A stretch of DNA of 64,000 nt from Squalus acanthias. Its lineage: Eukaryota. The position numbers and the translations under genes are program-made. Shown piece after piece: positions 11,551-24,371 of the stretch. The notes beneath the pieces were generated by a model, which was given only the letters and a program-made list of their open reading frames with translations, was not told where the DNA came from and did not search any database. The first letter of the stretch is position 1, and every line of letters begins with the position of its first letter. Where the stretch lies: NCBI GenBank assembly GCA_030390025.1, contig CM059433.1:10232001-10296000 (forward strand). Reading direction: 5' to 3'.

Positions 11551-12077
11551 TGAATGTTTATTTTTTCTGTCCGAGGATATCTGGAAATCAACAGAATGGG
11601 TTTGAAACCTGGGGACTCCTGCCCTTTAAAGTGTAGGAGATCGTACAAGGAGCCCAACTTGCAGCTTAATAGGTGACACTAATGAGCTAGAAACCGGACA
11701 AGAGCTCAGATCTCACTGCAACACGCTGCAGAGCCGCCTTCTGTATAAATGGCCTGGAGCTTCATATCTCAGGGGAATAAAGCAGGTTAAATTTAAATTT
11801 ATCATTATTTTTCAAGTGATTTTAAAGACAGGCTTGGACTCATGTAATTGCTTTCAAAGCAGCACTTTCAGCCAATATATAACTAGAACAAAAAAAAAAA
11901 AATCAGGCTTAAAACACATTTTAGTCCTGGTCAGAGCGATGAACAGGGATACTGCGAGTTGGTTCTCAGTATGTTAAATCCAGAGTGACAGATTGAGTGG
12001 AACTGATATTCCCTTGCCTAACCTGGTGACGCTGAGGTCAATTGCCATGTTGCAGCTGCAGCTGAGATCAGCTTAAG

Positions 12078-12415
12078 TGAGAAGTCGCACAACACCAGGT
12101 TGTAGTCCAACAGTTTTATTTGAAATCACAAGCTTTCGGAGCTGCTGCTCCTTCGTCAGGTGAAGTGAAGAAATACAAATCGGCAAAGCATATATAGACA
12201 GAGAACAATGCCTGTGCAGCGTACAATGTCAGACGACTACAGTTAATCTTTCTGACTGCCTTTTATCACACCTCGGCAGAGAAACAATCAGGTCAGTCAG
12301 GAAGGCATTATATCAAAGACATAGCAAAATACAACTAAGACACCATTGTCCAGCTTAGTCATTGAGAGGGAGCATCCAAAACTCGATGTCAATCTGACTG
12401 CATACACTTCAGTTC
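12078..12415 (-). mobile_element. Penelope-like fragment with hammerhead motif
   Basis: Same terminal sequence as the 8406 and 14059 copies. The minus strand reads TCAC-CTGACGA-AGGAGCAGCAGCTCC-GAAAGCTT-GTGA. Confidence 0.7.
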
Positions 12416-12491
12416 CTGATCTTACTGAATGGCGGAGCAGGCTCGAGGGGCCAAATGACCTACTCCTGCTCCTACGTCTTATGTTCTTATG
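12416..12491 (+). mobile_element. CR1 3' tail
   Basis: tgatcttactgaatggcggagcaggctcgaggggcc...cttatgttcttatg. Confidence 0.75.
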
Positions 12492-12629
12492 AGTGCTTTG
12501 CAGGTCTATGCACCCACTGTGTGAGCCCTGGAACTGACCAATAACTTCATCCCTACAGGGGGCTGAAAGAGGCCCAATACCTGAAACATCCCCATCCCTC
12601 TCCTAACTGGCTGACAATGTTCCGGCACA

Positions 12630-12850
12630 AAGGCGCCGAACACCTCGAGTCTCTTCGCCGGGAGCAAGCGGAAGCCAAGCACGTCAACCCAAGCACCCCA
12701 CCCACCCGCCCCCTTCAACCACCCTCTGCCCCACCTGTGACAGAGACTGCAGGTCCCGCCTTGGACTCATCAGTCACCCGAGAACCCATTTTTATTGAGG
12801 AAGCAAGTCATCCTCGGCTCCGAGGGACTGCCTAAGAAGAAGAAGAAGAC
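12630..12850 (+). mobile_element. RTE-clade LINE 3' fragment
   Basis: Reads GAEHLESLRREQAEAK and ends in a (AGA)n tail. Homologous to 47617-47965. Confidence 0.75.
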
Positions 12851-13989
12851 ATAGGCTGGTGAAATGTGAGTGCAATGCGACTCCAGCTGGATGTGAAAGA
12901 AAAAATGTCAGACCCGCAATGTGTGGATGACGGGCCAGAACAGCAGTCCACTCAGCTATAACACCTTCCTTGACCCAATAGCCTGACTCCACTCACTTGC
13001 TTGGACGTGTGAAGAATTCGCAGAGGCAGCGAGGGGTAGCTGCTACCCGTCTGATCACAGTTCAGCACCTTCAGAAGAGGAGGGAGGAAAACTGGAAAGG
13101 GAAGCGCTCATGGAATATAAACTACAGCAAAATATCCCACTGAATGGGATTTTTATTTCATGACTGAGGAATCCCTCCAGAACTCCCACTGCTTGGCTGC
13201 TCCTCAATAAATGAAATTTCAATTAAATTTGATAGGTTAAGTCAGGATCATTTATTTCCTTCTGTATTTATTATCTTCTGCAGTTTCGAGCATTTTATCT
13301 CTTTTTCATTTTTAAAAGGAGCAGGGGATTTATATTTTATCGCATAATCTGGTGCACTGGTCACCCAAACGTAAAGTCCCATCAGGGATGACCTGGCCAT
13401 ATGGGAAATCGGGAGATATCCCTTGTGCTCCCATGAATGGGTCCACAGCACTGTATTATTGGAGTCCCCCCTTTTACTGTGATAATATGTATTGTATTTG
13501 ATTATCATTAATTGAACACTAGAGAGCCCCCTGATGGGAGCAAGCATATTGTAGCAATTAAACTCCAGGGGGTAGATCTTGACTCTGCGCGATAGTGTAA
13601 AACGGGTGATCGCAAGTTGACAGCCTGTTTTACATCTCTCCCGAGTCACTGCAAATCACAATAAAAATCTTGTTACTGGTTGATATATTCAGAAAAGAAT
13701 GTTCCAGAATAAACGGCGCGAGCAGCCACTGCATTTCCGCAGCAACTGAATGTTTAACGGACCCAACCCACGAGAATCGTGCAGAAACCCGCGCCCTTTT
13801 GGGCGGAGCCAGTCTGCCCTGAGACCCACCCGTGATTTTGACTGCAGCCAGTTGGCTGCTGTGGAAGTCTTTAAATCAGACCCTCCTCTCACACTCCTAC
13901 CTCAAGGTTCGGAGGTCATTGAAAGCTGCTCGGAGCTGCACCCAAACGCTGTCTGCAATGCAATCATGACAAAGAATACTTTAATTCTT

Positions 13990-14830
13990 TAATTCTCCCC
14001 TCCACTCCCACGCTGACCTCTCTGTCCTCGGCCTCTTATGCTGTTCCAATGAAGGTCATGATGCGGAGATGCCGGTGTTGGACTGGGGTGGACAAAAATG
14101 AGAAGTCGCACAACACCAGGTTATAGTCCAACAGTTTTATTTGAAATTACGAGCTTTCAGAGCGCTGCTCCTTCGTCAGGTACAGTGAGGGAATACAAAT
14201 CGGTTACAAAGTACTCTGCTGTGTCTTTGATGTAATGCCTCCCTGACGGATTGTATCTCTGCAGACACATTGTTCTCTGTCTATATATACTTTGTAACCG
14301 ATTTGTATTCCCTCACTGTACCTGACGAAGGAGCAGCGCTCCGAAAGCTCGTAATTTCAAATAAAACTGTTGGACTTTAACCTGGTGTTGTGCGACTTCT
14401 CATTTTTGTTCCAATGAAGGTCAACGTAAGCTCGAGGAACAGCACCTCATCTTTCGATGAGGCACTTTACAGCCTTCTGGACTCAACATTGAGTTCAACA
14501 ATTTCAGACTATAACACCCCCATTTTTTCAGGCGGCAGCTGTTGATGATTCTGCCATCCCCATTTGCAACATTTAATCTCTCCTGAGTTCAATCCTAGCA
14601 CAGACTATGCCTTTAATTCCTCCCCCCGCCCCCTCCCCTGCCCCTCCCTGGCTCTGCACCCGCTTAAAACCTGTTACATCTCCAACTTTTTCCAGTTCTG
14701 ACGAAGGGTCCCAGACCTGAAACGTTAACTCTGTTTCTCTCTCCACGGATGCTGCCTGGCCTGCTGAGTGTTCCCAGCATTTTCTGTTATTTCAGATTTC
14801 CAGCATCCGCGGTATTTTGCTATTGTATGA
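13990..14830 (+). mobile_element. Penelope-like element 3' part (GIY-YIG endonuclease end plus tail), interrupted at 14059-14406
   Basis: Reads FNSP.HSH.DLSVLGLLCCSNEGQ|RKLEEQHLIFR across the insertion and matches 36240-36420. The tail contains CTGACGAAGGGTCCCAGACCTGAAACGTTAACT. Confidence 0.8.
14059..14406. mobile_element. Penelope-derived hairpin insertion with ~120-bp inverted arms
   Basis: Arms are at 14092-14213 and 14288-14409. An exact 17-bp direct repeat TGTTCCAATGAAGGTCA lies at 14042-14058 and 14407-14423. Confidence 0.85.
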
Positions 14831-14940
14831 CAAAGAATACGTTACTCTCACGAAAAAAAGTTTGAATGGGCACAAGCAAAGCAAATATTTTATTAAAAAC
14901 TAAAGTTTAAAAAAGATTTTTTTTTAAATGAAAGATAAAT

Positions 14941-15835
14941 AGAATCATAGAATGATGCAGCATGGAAGGAAGCCATTCGGCCCATTGTGCCTGTGCCGGC
15001 TCTTTGGGAGAGCGATCCAATTAATTCCACTCCCCTGCTCTTTCCCCAGAGCCCTGTAATTTTTTCCCTTCAGGTATTTATCTAATTCTCTTTCGTCTGT
15101 CACTATTGAATCTGCTTCGACCATCCTTTCAGGCAGTGCATTCCAGGTCATCATAACTCGCTGCGTAAAATAATTCTCCATCTCACCTCTGGCTCTTTTG
15201 CCTAACTCCTTAAATCTGTGTCCTTTGGTTGCTGACCCTTCAGCCACTGGAACCAGCTTCTCCTTATTTACTCTATCAAAACCATTCATGATTTTGAACA
15301 CCTCTGTCAAATCTCCTCCTAACCTTCTCTGCTCTAAGGACAATGACCCCAGCTTCTCCAGTCTCTCCGCACAACTGAAGTCCCTCATCCCTGGTATCAT
15401 TCTAGTAAATCTCTTCTGCACCCTCTCCAAGGCCTTGACATCCTTCCTAAAGTGCGGTGCCCAGAATTGAACACAATGCTCCAGCTGGAGCCTAACCAGT
15501 GTTTTATAAAGGTTTAGCATAACTTCCTTGCCTTTGTACTCTGTACCTCTATTAATAAAGCCAAGGATCCTGTATGCTTTTTTTTTCCAACCGCCTTCTC
15601 AACTTGTCCTGCCACCTTCAAAGATTTGTGTACATACACCCCCAGGTCTCTCTGTTCCTGCACCCCCTTTAAAATTCTACCATTTAATTCATATTCTCCT
15701 CATTCTTCCTACCAAAATGTATCACTTCACACTTCTCTGTTAAATTTAATCTGCCATGTGTCTGCCCATTTTACTAGTCTGTCTTTGCCCTCCTGAAGTC
15801 TGTTACTATCCTCCTCAATGTTTACTACATTTCTG
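14941..15835 (-). mobile_element. CR1 LINE 3' fragment
   Basis: ORF 14945..15520 reads LYKTLVR..LEHCVQFWAP....D...LERVQKRFTRMIPG. Confidence 0.92.
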
Positions 15836-16126
15836 ATAGTACATAAAGCTAAAATGACATAATCATAAACCATGTAGGTAATTTTGCCTGAGGCTGGGAC
15901 TCGCTACTGGGTCTCTTCAGCACACACCTCAGCTATATGCATTCGCAATTTACTCTTCATCAATTATGTGCGGGAGATGTGACAGTACTTTAAGTGCAAG
16001 GTAGAGAATTGTTAGGGACTCCCCATTAAGTTTGTGTCCATGAGTAAAATACATATACGGCAATATGCCATGTTCCATGGTGATACAGGACCTTAAAGTA
16101 TATTGATTTTACGACGTAGAAACATA

Positions 16127-16971
16127 GGGCTGGATTTTGTCAGCCCCGAGGAGGCGGGTTTGGAGGCGGGACTGCCGGTAAAGTTGCAGAATTTGTGCCA
16201 CCCGCCCCCATCCCGCTTCCGTGCCCTCTTACCAGGAGGCGGGAAGATGTCCTGCTTTGGGTCCCGTCTCCTCGAGGTGGGAAAGGGATTAAATCCTATT
16301 AACTGCCTGTTAACGGGTAGTTAACAGGCAGAAAATAGGATTACTCCCATTTTACCTTGCAAGGTGCAGGCTTCCCGACCTCTGAGAACCCCACCGGGTT
16401 GGAGGAGACGAGTAGGAGGTCTGCGGGGGTCGGAGGGGTCTGAAAGTGAGATGTAGAGGTGAGTGATGGGTGCAAGTGTGGAGTGGTAAGTATGTAAGGT
16501 GAGTGTTAAGTATTATAAAATGTTCACTTACCTTTGTTTCTGCCTACAGCCTTCAGCCGCTGTGGATCCGGAGTCCCGACATCTCCATTGTAGATTTCAC
16601 AGACTGGCTGTTGGATCCTCCGAACCAACAGCCAGGTGATTTCTGCAAAGTTGAAAGGTTTGATGAGTCCTGAACACAAGCACACATCAAACTGCACAGA
16701 ATGTCAGTGTTTGACAGCTTCACAGAGCTTCACAGAGCTGTCAAACACTGACATTTCTTCTTTCAAGAAATCTTGACAGATGGCACGTCAGACGTTGACG
16801 TGCTCTGTCAATGACTTCCCCCGAATTGGCTTGCTGAGCTCGCTGGGCGGGCTTAACAAGGTCAATCTGGGAAAAATCCCGCTGGTTGGCCAGAAGCTGA
16901 TGGAGGCGGGATTGAAAGCCGGCAAGCAGCAGTCCCGCCTCCAAAAGCTTCCCATTGAGAAAATCCAGCCC
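16127..16971. mobile_element. Harbinger-type MITE (845 bp) inserted in a CR1 3' tail
   Basis: Perfect 12-bp TIR GGGCTGGATTTT/AAAATCCAGCCC and a 3-bp TSD ATA (16124-16126, 16972-16974). Confidence 0.88.
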
Positions 16972-17212
16972 ATAGGAACTGGAGTAGGCCACTCAGCCCC
17001 TTGAGCCTGTTCCATCATTCAATTAGATAAAGGCTCATCTGTACCTCAATTCCATTTACCCGCCTTAGCCCCATATCCCTTGATACCCTTACATAACAAA
17101 AATCTATCCATCTCAGTCTTGAAAGCTCCAATTGTCCCAGCATCCACAGCCTTTTGGGGCAGAAAATTCCCGATTTCTACTACCCTTTGTGTGGAAAAAG
17201 TGCTTCCTGACA
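16972..17212 (-). mobile_element. CR1 3' fragment
   Basis: ggagtaggccactcagcccc...ccccatatcccttgata...; the tail continues as agaaacata upstream of the MITE. Confidence 0.8.
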
Positions 17213-18261
17213 TAGGAATGGAACAAGTATTGAAAAGAGCTGCATTATTACATTTTTGAATGAATAAAAATTAAACGAATCCCCAACGTATATATGCATA
17301 AGAGTAAAAGGAAACATGTCCAGTACATCACCAGGGAACATTGGTTTAAAAAATACAGCTTCTTCAATGGTTGATCAAGTTTCTCCAGCGAGTATTTGAG
17401 ACGCGATAACCAGAAAGGTTCCAAGTGATCTCCAGTTAACTAGTCTAAACTGGGACCGTGTTATTATTGCTGCAGTTGTCCTCAGCACCCCTGGTTTAGG
17501 GAGGGGAGAATCAATCAGAATTCCCACTCCCGACTACTAACCAGAAACCCCCACTGGAAGTGCACACATGGTGATGATGTTGGGTGAGGACAGGAGTGGG
17601 CTCCTGTGTGACGCTCCACGCGATCGAATAGTCTGTTGGCATTCACTGTTGAAAGCTCGCACATGAAGCATGGCCACTGGTGCAAAGTAATACAGGGGTG
17701 CCCTGGCACCTGTTGAACTGTGCAGCAAGGAGTCCGCAGGAAAGGGAAGAAAAACTAGCAAGAAAAAATGCATGAGGAGGGAAAGGGTTAAATCAGAGCA
17801 GAAAGGAATACATTGGTTTCCTTCTAACTAGTTGGTTAAATAGTGACCTAACTCAGATTACATTGGGGAGGGGACGTATTATTCTCTTTTGTTGGTGTAC
17901 TGTGAAGAATTACTGACCTCCACTTTCCAAATTAGCGCTGGCCAGTCTCTGAGGGTGAAGGGAGACAAATTCCTTCCTGTGGAGCCTGAAGTTCATGACT
18001 CCATCTTGCATTACATGCAGCTGCAACCACTAACTATCCCTTCCACACAAACCAGGCAGGGCAGGGACAAAGTGTGTTTGATCTTCATCCATCATCTCCT
18101 CAGTTTTTGGTTTGGTTGGTATAAATAAATGAATAATATAGGACCTGTACAGACCGTTTGGAAGGAAGCAGTAGATTAAGTAGCACAGTCTTGATGAAAA
18201 ACAATTGCAAGCTTTTTTGAAGGAGGTAATGCAGTATTTTCATCATGACGGTATTACACAG

Positions 18262-19415
18262 GCTGGCTCAGTGGAAGCGCTCTCGCCTCTAGAGCCGGAA
18301 GGCTTTGGGTTTGAGCCCCAGTCCAGAGACTTGAGCACAAACTCTAGGCTGATGCTCCAGTTCAGTACTGAGGGAGTGCTGCACTGTTGGAGGTGCCGTC
18401 TTTCAGGTGAGATTTTAATCTTACCCTCTCAGATGGATGTAAAAGATCCCATGGCACTATTTGAGGATGAGCAGAGGAGTTCTCCCTGGTGTCCTGGCCA
18501 ATATTTATCAACAACAACAACAACAACTTGTATTTATATAGCGCCTTTAACGTAGTAAACGTCCCAAGGCGCTTCACAGGAGTATTACAAGACAAACAAT
18601 TTGGCAACGAGCCACATAAGAAGAAATTAGGGCAGGTGACCAAAAGCTTGGTCAAAGAGGTAGGTTTTAAGGAGCGTCTTAAAGGAGGAAAGAGAGGTAG
18701 CGAGGCGGAGAGGTTTAGGCAGGGAATTCCAGAGCTTAGGGCCCGAGGCAACAGAAGGCACGGCCACCAAAGGTTGAGCGATTATAATCAGGGATGCTCA
18801 AGAGGGCAGAATTTGAGGAGCGCAGATATTTCGAGGGGTGAGGTGGGATTGTGGGGCTGGAGGAGATTACAGAGATAGGGAAGGAAGGGGCGAGGCCAAG
18901 GAGGGATTTGAAAACAAGGATGAGAATTTTGAAATCGAGGCGCTGCTTAACCGGGAGCCAATGTAGGTCAGCGAGCACAGGGGTGATGGGTGAACGGGAC
19001 TTGGTGCGAGTTAGGACACGGGCAGCCGAGTTTTGGATCACCTCAAGTTTACGCAGGGTGGAATGTGGGAAGCCAGCCAGGAGTGCGTTGGAATAGTCAA
19101 GTCTAGAGGTAACAAAGGCATGGAGGAGGGTTTCAGCAGCAGATGAGCTGAGGCAAGGGCGGAGACAGGCGATGTTACGGAGGTGGAAATAGGCGGTCTT
19201 AGTTATGCCGTGGATATGTGGTCGACATACCAACATCACTAAAACAGATTATCTGGTCATTATCACATTGCTGTTTGTGGGATCTTGCTGTGTGCAAACT
19301 GGCTGCTGCGTTTCCTACGTTACAACTTCAACTTCACAAGTACTTAATTGGCTGTAAAACACTTTGGGATGTCCTGAGATCCTGAAAGTTGCTATATAAA
19401 TGAAAGTTCTTTCTT
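18262..19415 (+). mobile_element. Deu-domain SINE split by an L2 insertion
   Basis: The SINE 5' part ends at ...ggccaatatttatc (18509). It resumes at ~19229 with accaacatcactaaaacagattatctgg. Confidence 0.82.
18509..19225 (-). mobile_element. L2-clade LINE 3' fragment
   Basis: ORF 18736..19239 reads AYFHLRNIA.LRP.L....AETL.HAFVTSRLDYSNALL...ITPVLADLHWLPV, with a (TTG)n tail. Confidence 0.92.
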
Positions 19416-19549
19416 TATTTTGACGTGGCTTATGTGATCATGTCATGCATTTGTCAGGCACTTTTTCATGGATAAGGAGCCCCTTTAAAAAGAATGCTGT
19501 ACATCCTCTGATTAGTGATCTGCTTTTTCACTTCTAATCTGTTAACTTT

Positions 19550-20240
19550 AGCCATCGGCTTTGGCCTCCGCCACAAACTCCACACCCTCACCACCGATTC
19601 CATCCGCCTCCCCAGCCACTGTCTCGAGTTAAACCACACTGTTCGCAACCTTGGCATCCTACTTGACCCTGAGCTGAGCTTCCGATCCATCGCCATAACA
19701 TTACCAGCCTCGGCCTCTGCCTCGCCCCATCTACTGATGAAACAGTCATCCATGCCCATGTCACCTCCTAACTTGACTATTCCAATGTTATCCGAGCCGG
19801 CCTCCCATCCTCAACCTTCCATAGACTTCTGCTCATCCAAAACTCTGCTGCCCGTATCGTATCATTACACTAAGTCCCGCTCACCTATTACCCCTGTGCT
19901 CACTAACAAACACTGGCTCCCGATCTCCCAACGCTTCAAATTTAAAATTCTAATTCTTGTGTTTAAATCCCTCCATGGCCTCACCTTTCCCTGTCTCCGT
20001 AACCTCCTCCAGCCCTCCGGGGACTCTGTTCCTCCAACCCCCTCCTTTCACCCTACCATTGGTGGCCGTACCTTCAGCCAGTTAACAGTATGCTCTGGAA
20101 TTCTCTCCCTAAACCTCTCCGCCTCTCCACCTCCCTCTCCTCCCTTAAAACCTTCCTTAAAACCCACCTCTTTAACCTAGCTTTGGGGAGATTTTCTACG
20201 TTAAAGGCACTATACAAATGGAATGTGGTTATTGTTGTAA
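19550..20240 (+). mobile_element. Degraded L2 LINE fragment
   Basis: Reads VRNLGILLDPELSF and SRSPITPVL...HWLP..QR..FKIL.LVFKSLHG. Confidence 0.8.
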
Positions 20241-21859
20241 CTTCTCTCTCTCTATTCTTGTCTTTCTCTAGTTTGTTGATTCTACAGTAAGTTATTTGAC
20301 CTCAGCAGGCGTTGCACTTGAGATGGAACACCCTTGTGCTCGGGAGGGGAAGATAATCCAGGGTTCCAGTTCCTGATGACTATCCAGTGATTCCTGTTAG
20401 AAAGTGTATGGACCTCAAGTGAGGGCCCAGGTAGTGTTCAGCTGCGATGCGCCATACGATGGAGCAGCCAGCCTCTCCTCACACATGAAGAATGGCATCT
20501 TGAACGCGGTAGCAGAGGGCACACAGTGCCTATGGATCCTTACCCAGCACAAGCCACGGCCTTCAGGCTAGCAAGAGAGGAGCAAATGGGTTAAGAAAAG
20601 AATGACGATTTATGATGATACCATGACCTGGCCAGCAGCCTAGACAGCTCCAGAACCCCAGCATCAAGTTTATTAACCCTATACAACTGAAGAAGAACCA
20701 ACAAAGCCACACTGCTTCAGAAACCACCAGACTTACCTTTTAAAAATAAATTTGCAGCCCAAAGGATGTTTCACCCCTGTAGCATCTCTGCCCACACTGC
20801 GTACCTAACCTTGAGACCCAAGGACAAGGGCTAGTTAACTCAAAAATTACACTTCAACCAGCATGACCAATACTACTACTTTTCAGATTTCGCCCCTATG
20901 TCCAGGATGCAGCGATACTTTGTAGACTCCAGGATAAGCCGTCTTCAGCTCCAGAACTCTTCCCCAACTTAACAGACTCCCACAGACAACTCTCCAGACT
21001 GTGCACCATGTTCTCCTCCATACAACACAGAGAGCCGAAAGAGAGCCAGAGAATGAGACCGAAGCTGCCTGATAACGCAGGAGAAATTGTAAGTGACATG
21101 AAGCTAGACCCCAGCACGACCATCGATAGCAAATAGGCAAGGGCTAATTCAAATCCCACATTGTACATCCCGCTCCCTCCACAAGCTCTGCTATTTTCAC
21201 TCCTCTTTCAGAAAGGGGCTGCAGTCAGAAGGGACCCGCCTATACATATTCTCGTCACGCCTGCATTCAACTAGTGGTTCGGTAGACCACAAGGACTGTG
21301 GTTGGACTCGCTCAAAGGGCCTAATCCATTGCGTGCTCGGCCTACAGGAGAGCACAAGCCCTTCCTTCACCTTCACCTCCCCCACCCCACTGCAGAGCAG
21401 GCAAGCTTTGACAGCTCTCGTTTCTAGCTGCAAGATGTGATAGAGTGCAGCCCACTGGAAGTGGGCGTGTGGATATTAGGTGAGGGCAAGTTGACACCCC
21501 CATCATAACTGAATAGTTGCAAGCACTCACCAGTGAAGTTCATACATGAAAACCTATCATTTGGGTGAGGTACCTGAGGGTAGCTACTACCCATACAACT
21601 GTAAGAGGAGTCATAAAAAGAGAAGATTGTATAAAAAGAAATGAAGTCCCTATTCCCAAAGCTTTTACAGGTCTATAAAAATGTGTTTTCCACATGCGCT
21701 CCACAAATAAAAATGCATTTTACAGATTTATAAAAGCTTCACGGAGAGGTATTTAAGCTAGATTTGCTTGTTGTCAAGAATTTGCTTTTTACCTGAATTC
21801 TATTGGAGCTGCTTTGCCTGCAGTTTTTCTGTTAATTGTTTGATTATTATTTTTTGCTG

Positions 21860-22335
21860 AACAGAAATCCCTGGTCCGTGCCTTCATCAACGCCAGACTT
21901 GATTTTGCCACTCCTCACCTTAAACAAACACTAACCCACCCAGAACTCTGCCATTGCCTCCCTTCCTGAAGAAAGTCACGCTCACCTATCTCTCACGGTC
22001 TCACCTCCTCTTACCTCTGCAACCTCCTGAGCCGTACCGCTTGCCTCATACGCTCCACTCTTCTGGGTCTGGTCTAAGTCCCTCAGTCCCTCTACTCCAC
22101 CAATAGTGGCAGAACCTGCAGTCATCCCAGGCCTGCACTCTGGAATTCTGTCCTGAAACCCAGCTCCCCACCTTCGAAAGGCTCCTCATAATCTATCTTT
22201 TCAACCTTGCCTTTGACTAACCTCTGCCAACTCTCCTCCCAATTCTTAATTGGTTTCTAATTTCCCTTTCTCTTGCGAAGCATCTTGGGACATTTGGTCA
22301 TGTTAAAGATGCTAAATAAACAGTAGTTGTTGTTG
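21860..22335 (+). mobile_element. Highly degraded L2 fragment
   Basis: Residual similarity to L2 ORF2, plus the tail gaagcatcttgggacatt...ttaaagatgcta..taaa..agttgttgttg. Confidence 0.55.
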
Positions 22336-22727
22336 AAGGCTTCACAAGCTACATAAATATATAAATTTCTTCAAAGGGATTGCAAAACATGAAATGATTT
22401 GTGGTGTCAACTTCTACACATGTCCCTGAGCTAAACTATATATTCACAAATCTACATGACCTGCCCTAACAAATTGTGCCTTTGAACACTAGGACATAGA
22501 TCTATATCTACATCCGTGATTTTCCACGTGAGCCCCTGATCTTGGCCATGAGAAGATGACTGGATGCCAGTCCCTTCCTCGTCAGATTAGGGGGGCGAGG
22601 GGGCAGGACATTTTCTCAAAGGGCTGTTCTTGTGTGTGCATAGTGACCAGTCACAATTGGTGGAAATCTTGGAACTGGTCACATGTCTGTGCTCTAAGCC
22701 CAGGAATGATGCTATGTGACAAGGATT

Positions 22728-23195
22728 TTTTTTAAATTCGTTTATGGGATGTGGGCGTCGCTGGCAAGGCCAGCATTTATTGCCCATCCCTAATTGGTCT
22801 TGAGAAGGTGGTGGTGAGCCACCTTCTTGAATCGCTGCAGTCCGTGTGGTGAAGGTGCTCCCACAGAGCTGTTAGGGAGGGAGTTCCAGGATTTTGACCC
22901 AGTGACAATGAAGGATCGGCGATATACTTCCAAGTCAGGATGGTGTGTGACTGGAGGGGAATTTGGAGGTGGTGGTGTTCTCATGCGCCTGCTGCCCTTG
23001 TCCTTCTAGGTAGTAGAGGTCGCGGGTTTGGGAGGTGCTGCCAAAGAAGCCTTGGCGAGTTGCTGCAGTGCATCTTGTAGATGGTACACACTGCAGCCAC
23101 GGTACGCCGGTGGCGGAGGGAGTGAATGTTTAAGGTGGTGGATGGGGTGCCAATCAAGCGGGCTGCTTTGTTCTGGATGGTGTCGAGCTTCTTGA
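22728..23195 (-). mobile_element. CR1-group LINE, second family ('family B'), 3' fragment
   Basis: Reads KKLDTIQNKAARLIGTP...LRHRRTVAAVC..YKMHC and has the shared tail gggcaataaatgctggccttgccagcgacgcccacatccc. Confidence 0.85.
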
Positions 23196-24371
23196 TTGGG
23201 AGGGGCAAAAATATCCAGCATTTAAAAATTGAGTTACTATAATGAAGACTGAATAACAAGACAACAGAATTTTGATATACAAATATTGCTTATGGGTTAA
23301 TATCTGATCAATAATACTTACAATTCATTAATCACAGCACTGAATTGAAGACTGGCATTTGTTTTATGAAACACTAAATCAGTTCCAGATGCTTCCTGAA
23401 CCTATATTTTATACAAGTCAGTCAAATGGATCCAGTCCTATTAAATTCCTGGATCTTTCTATCTGGATAAAAACACAGATTGCAGGAAAGACACGTGTCT
23501 TAAGATAACTCTAACTTTCCAATTCTGCAGCAGCTGCTGATTGCATCCATTTTATTTCTCATTAAAGTGAACGGTTCATTACAAGTAGAATAGGTGTTAA
23601 TTTCCTCTCTGCCAATGTTTTCAGGCTTGTTTACCTGGGAACCCAAGTGTAACTGAAGAAAGATTCCCACAGCATGTGGCGAGAGAGCTTGGTGGGGCGA
23701 CAGAGAGCTGCACTGCTTAAAGATGCAGCCTAACATCTCAAAACCCCAAGGTTTAATTATCATGTGCAGTCTAGTGTAGAATCAGAAGGTCTCAGTGGTA
23801 GGGGAGGATTTGTCAGATTGATGACCCACAAAGAGGGGGAGGGAATGGGAAAATAATGAAAAGATTTTACAATATAAGCAGAGTCTGGCACAGAAGCCTT
23901 TCTAATTTGATATTTTAGCCTTCTAGAATGTTAACTAATAATAATAATTAAATGTTGATTGAATTCACAATTGGAACAATTCCGTGAGAATTATGCAGCA
24001 TTACATTGTTCATTTTTTTGCAGACGGTATTTGACAACTTAAGATTATCGACGCACAATCAAATTAAAAGAATTTATCATAAAAAGTGTTTTGTGTTTTC
24101 ACTTTTTAGCAGGTCACGTTAGAATACCAGTTCTTGTGTGACATCGGTGTTGCTCCAATTGACAGCTGTGCAAAAAGGAAGCGGAGATACCTTCTCATGC
24201 CAGGCGTCCATCACATGAACATTGCCCAAAATTGTTCATGGATGTGTGCGCAATATGTAACATTCTGCTCTCGTCTTTAACTATTTCTGGCAAACTAATA
24301 GGAGGCTTCGTCCTTGATTTAGTTCTTAAGTGATACCTTTACTGGGGAGAATGAGTAAGAATGAGTTTCAT

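Noticed and set aside
20600..21170. Possible solo LTR on the minus strand (TG start, AATAAA, TGGTATCA after ...GGTCA)
   Set aside because: There is no second LTR, TSD or internal coding sequence, so the evidence is too weak.
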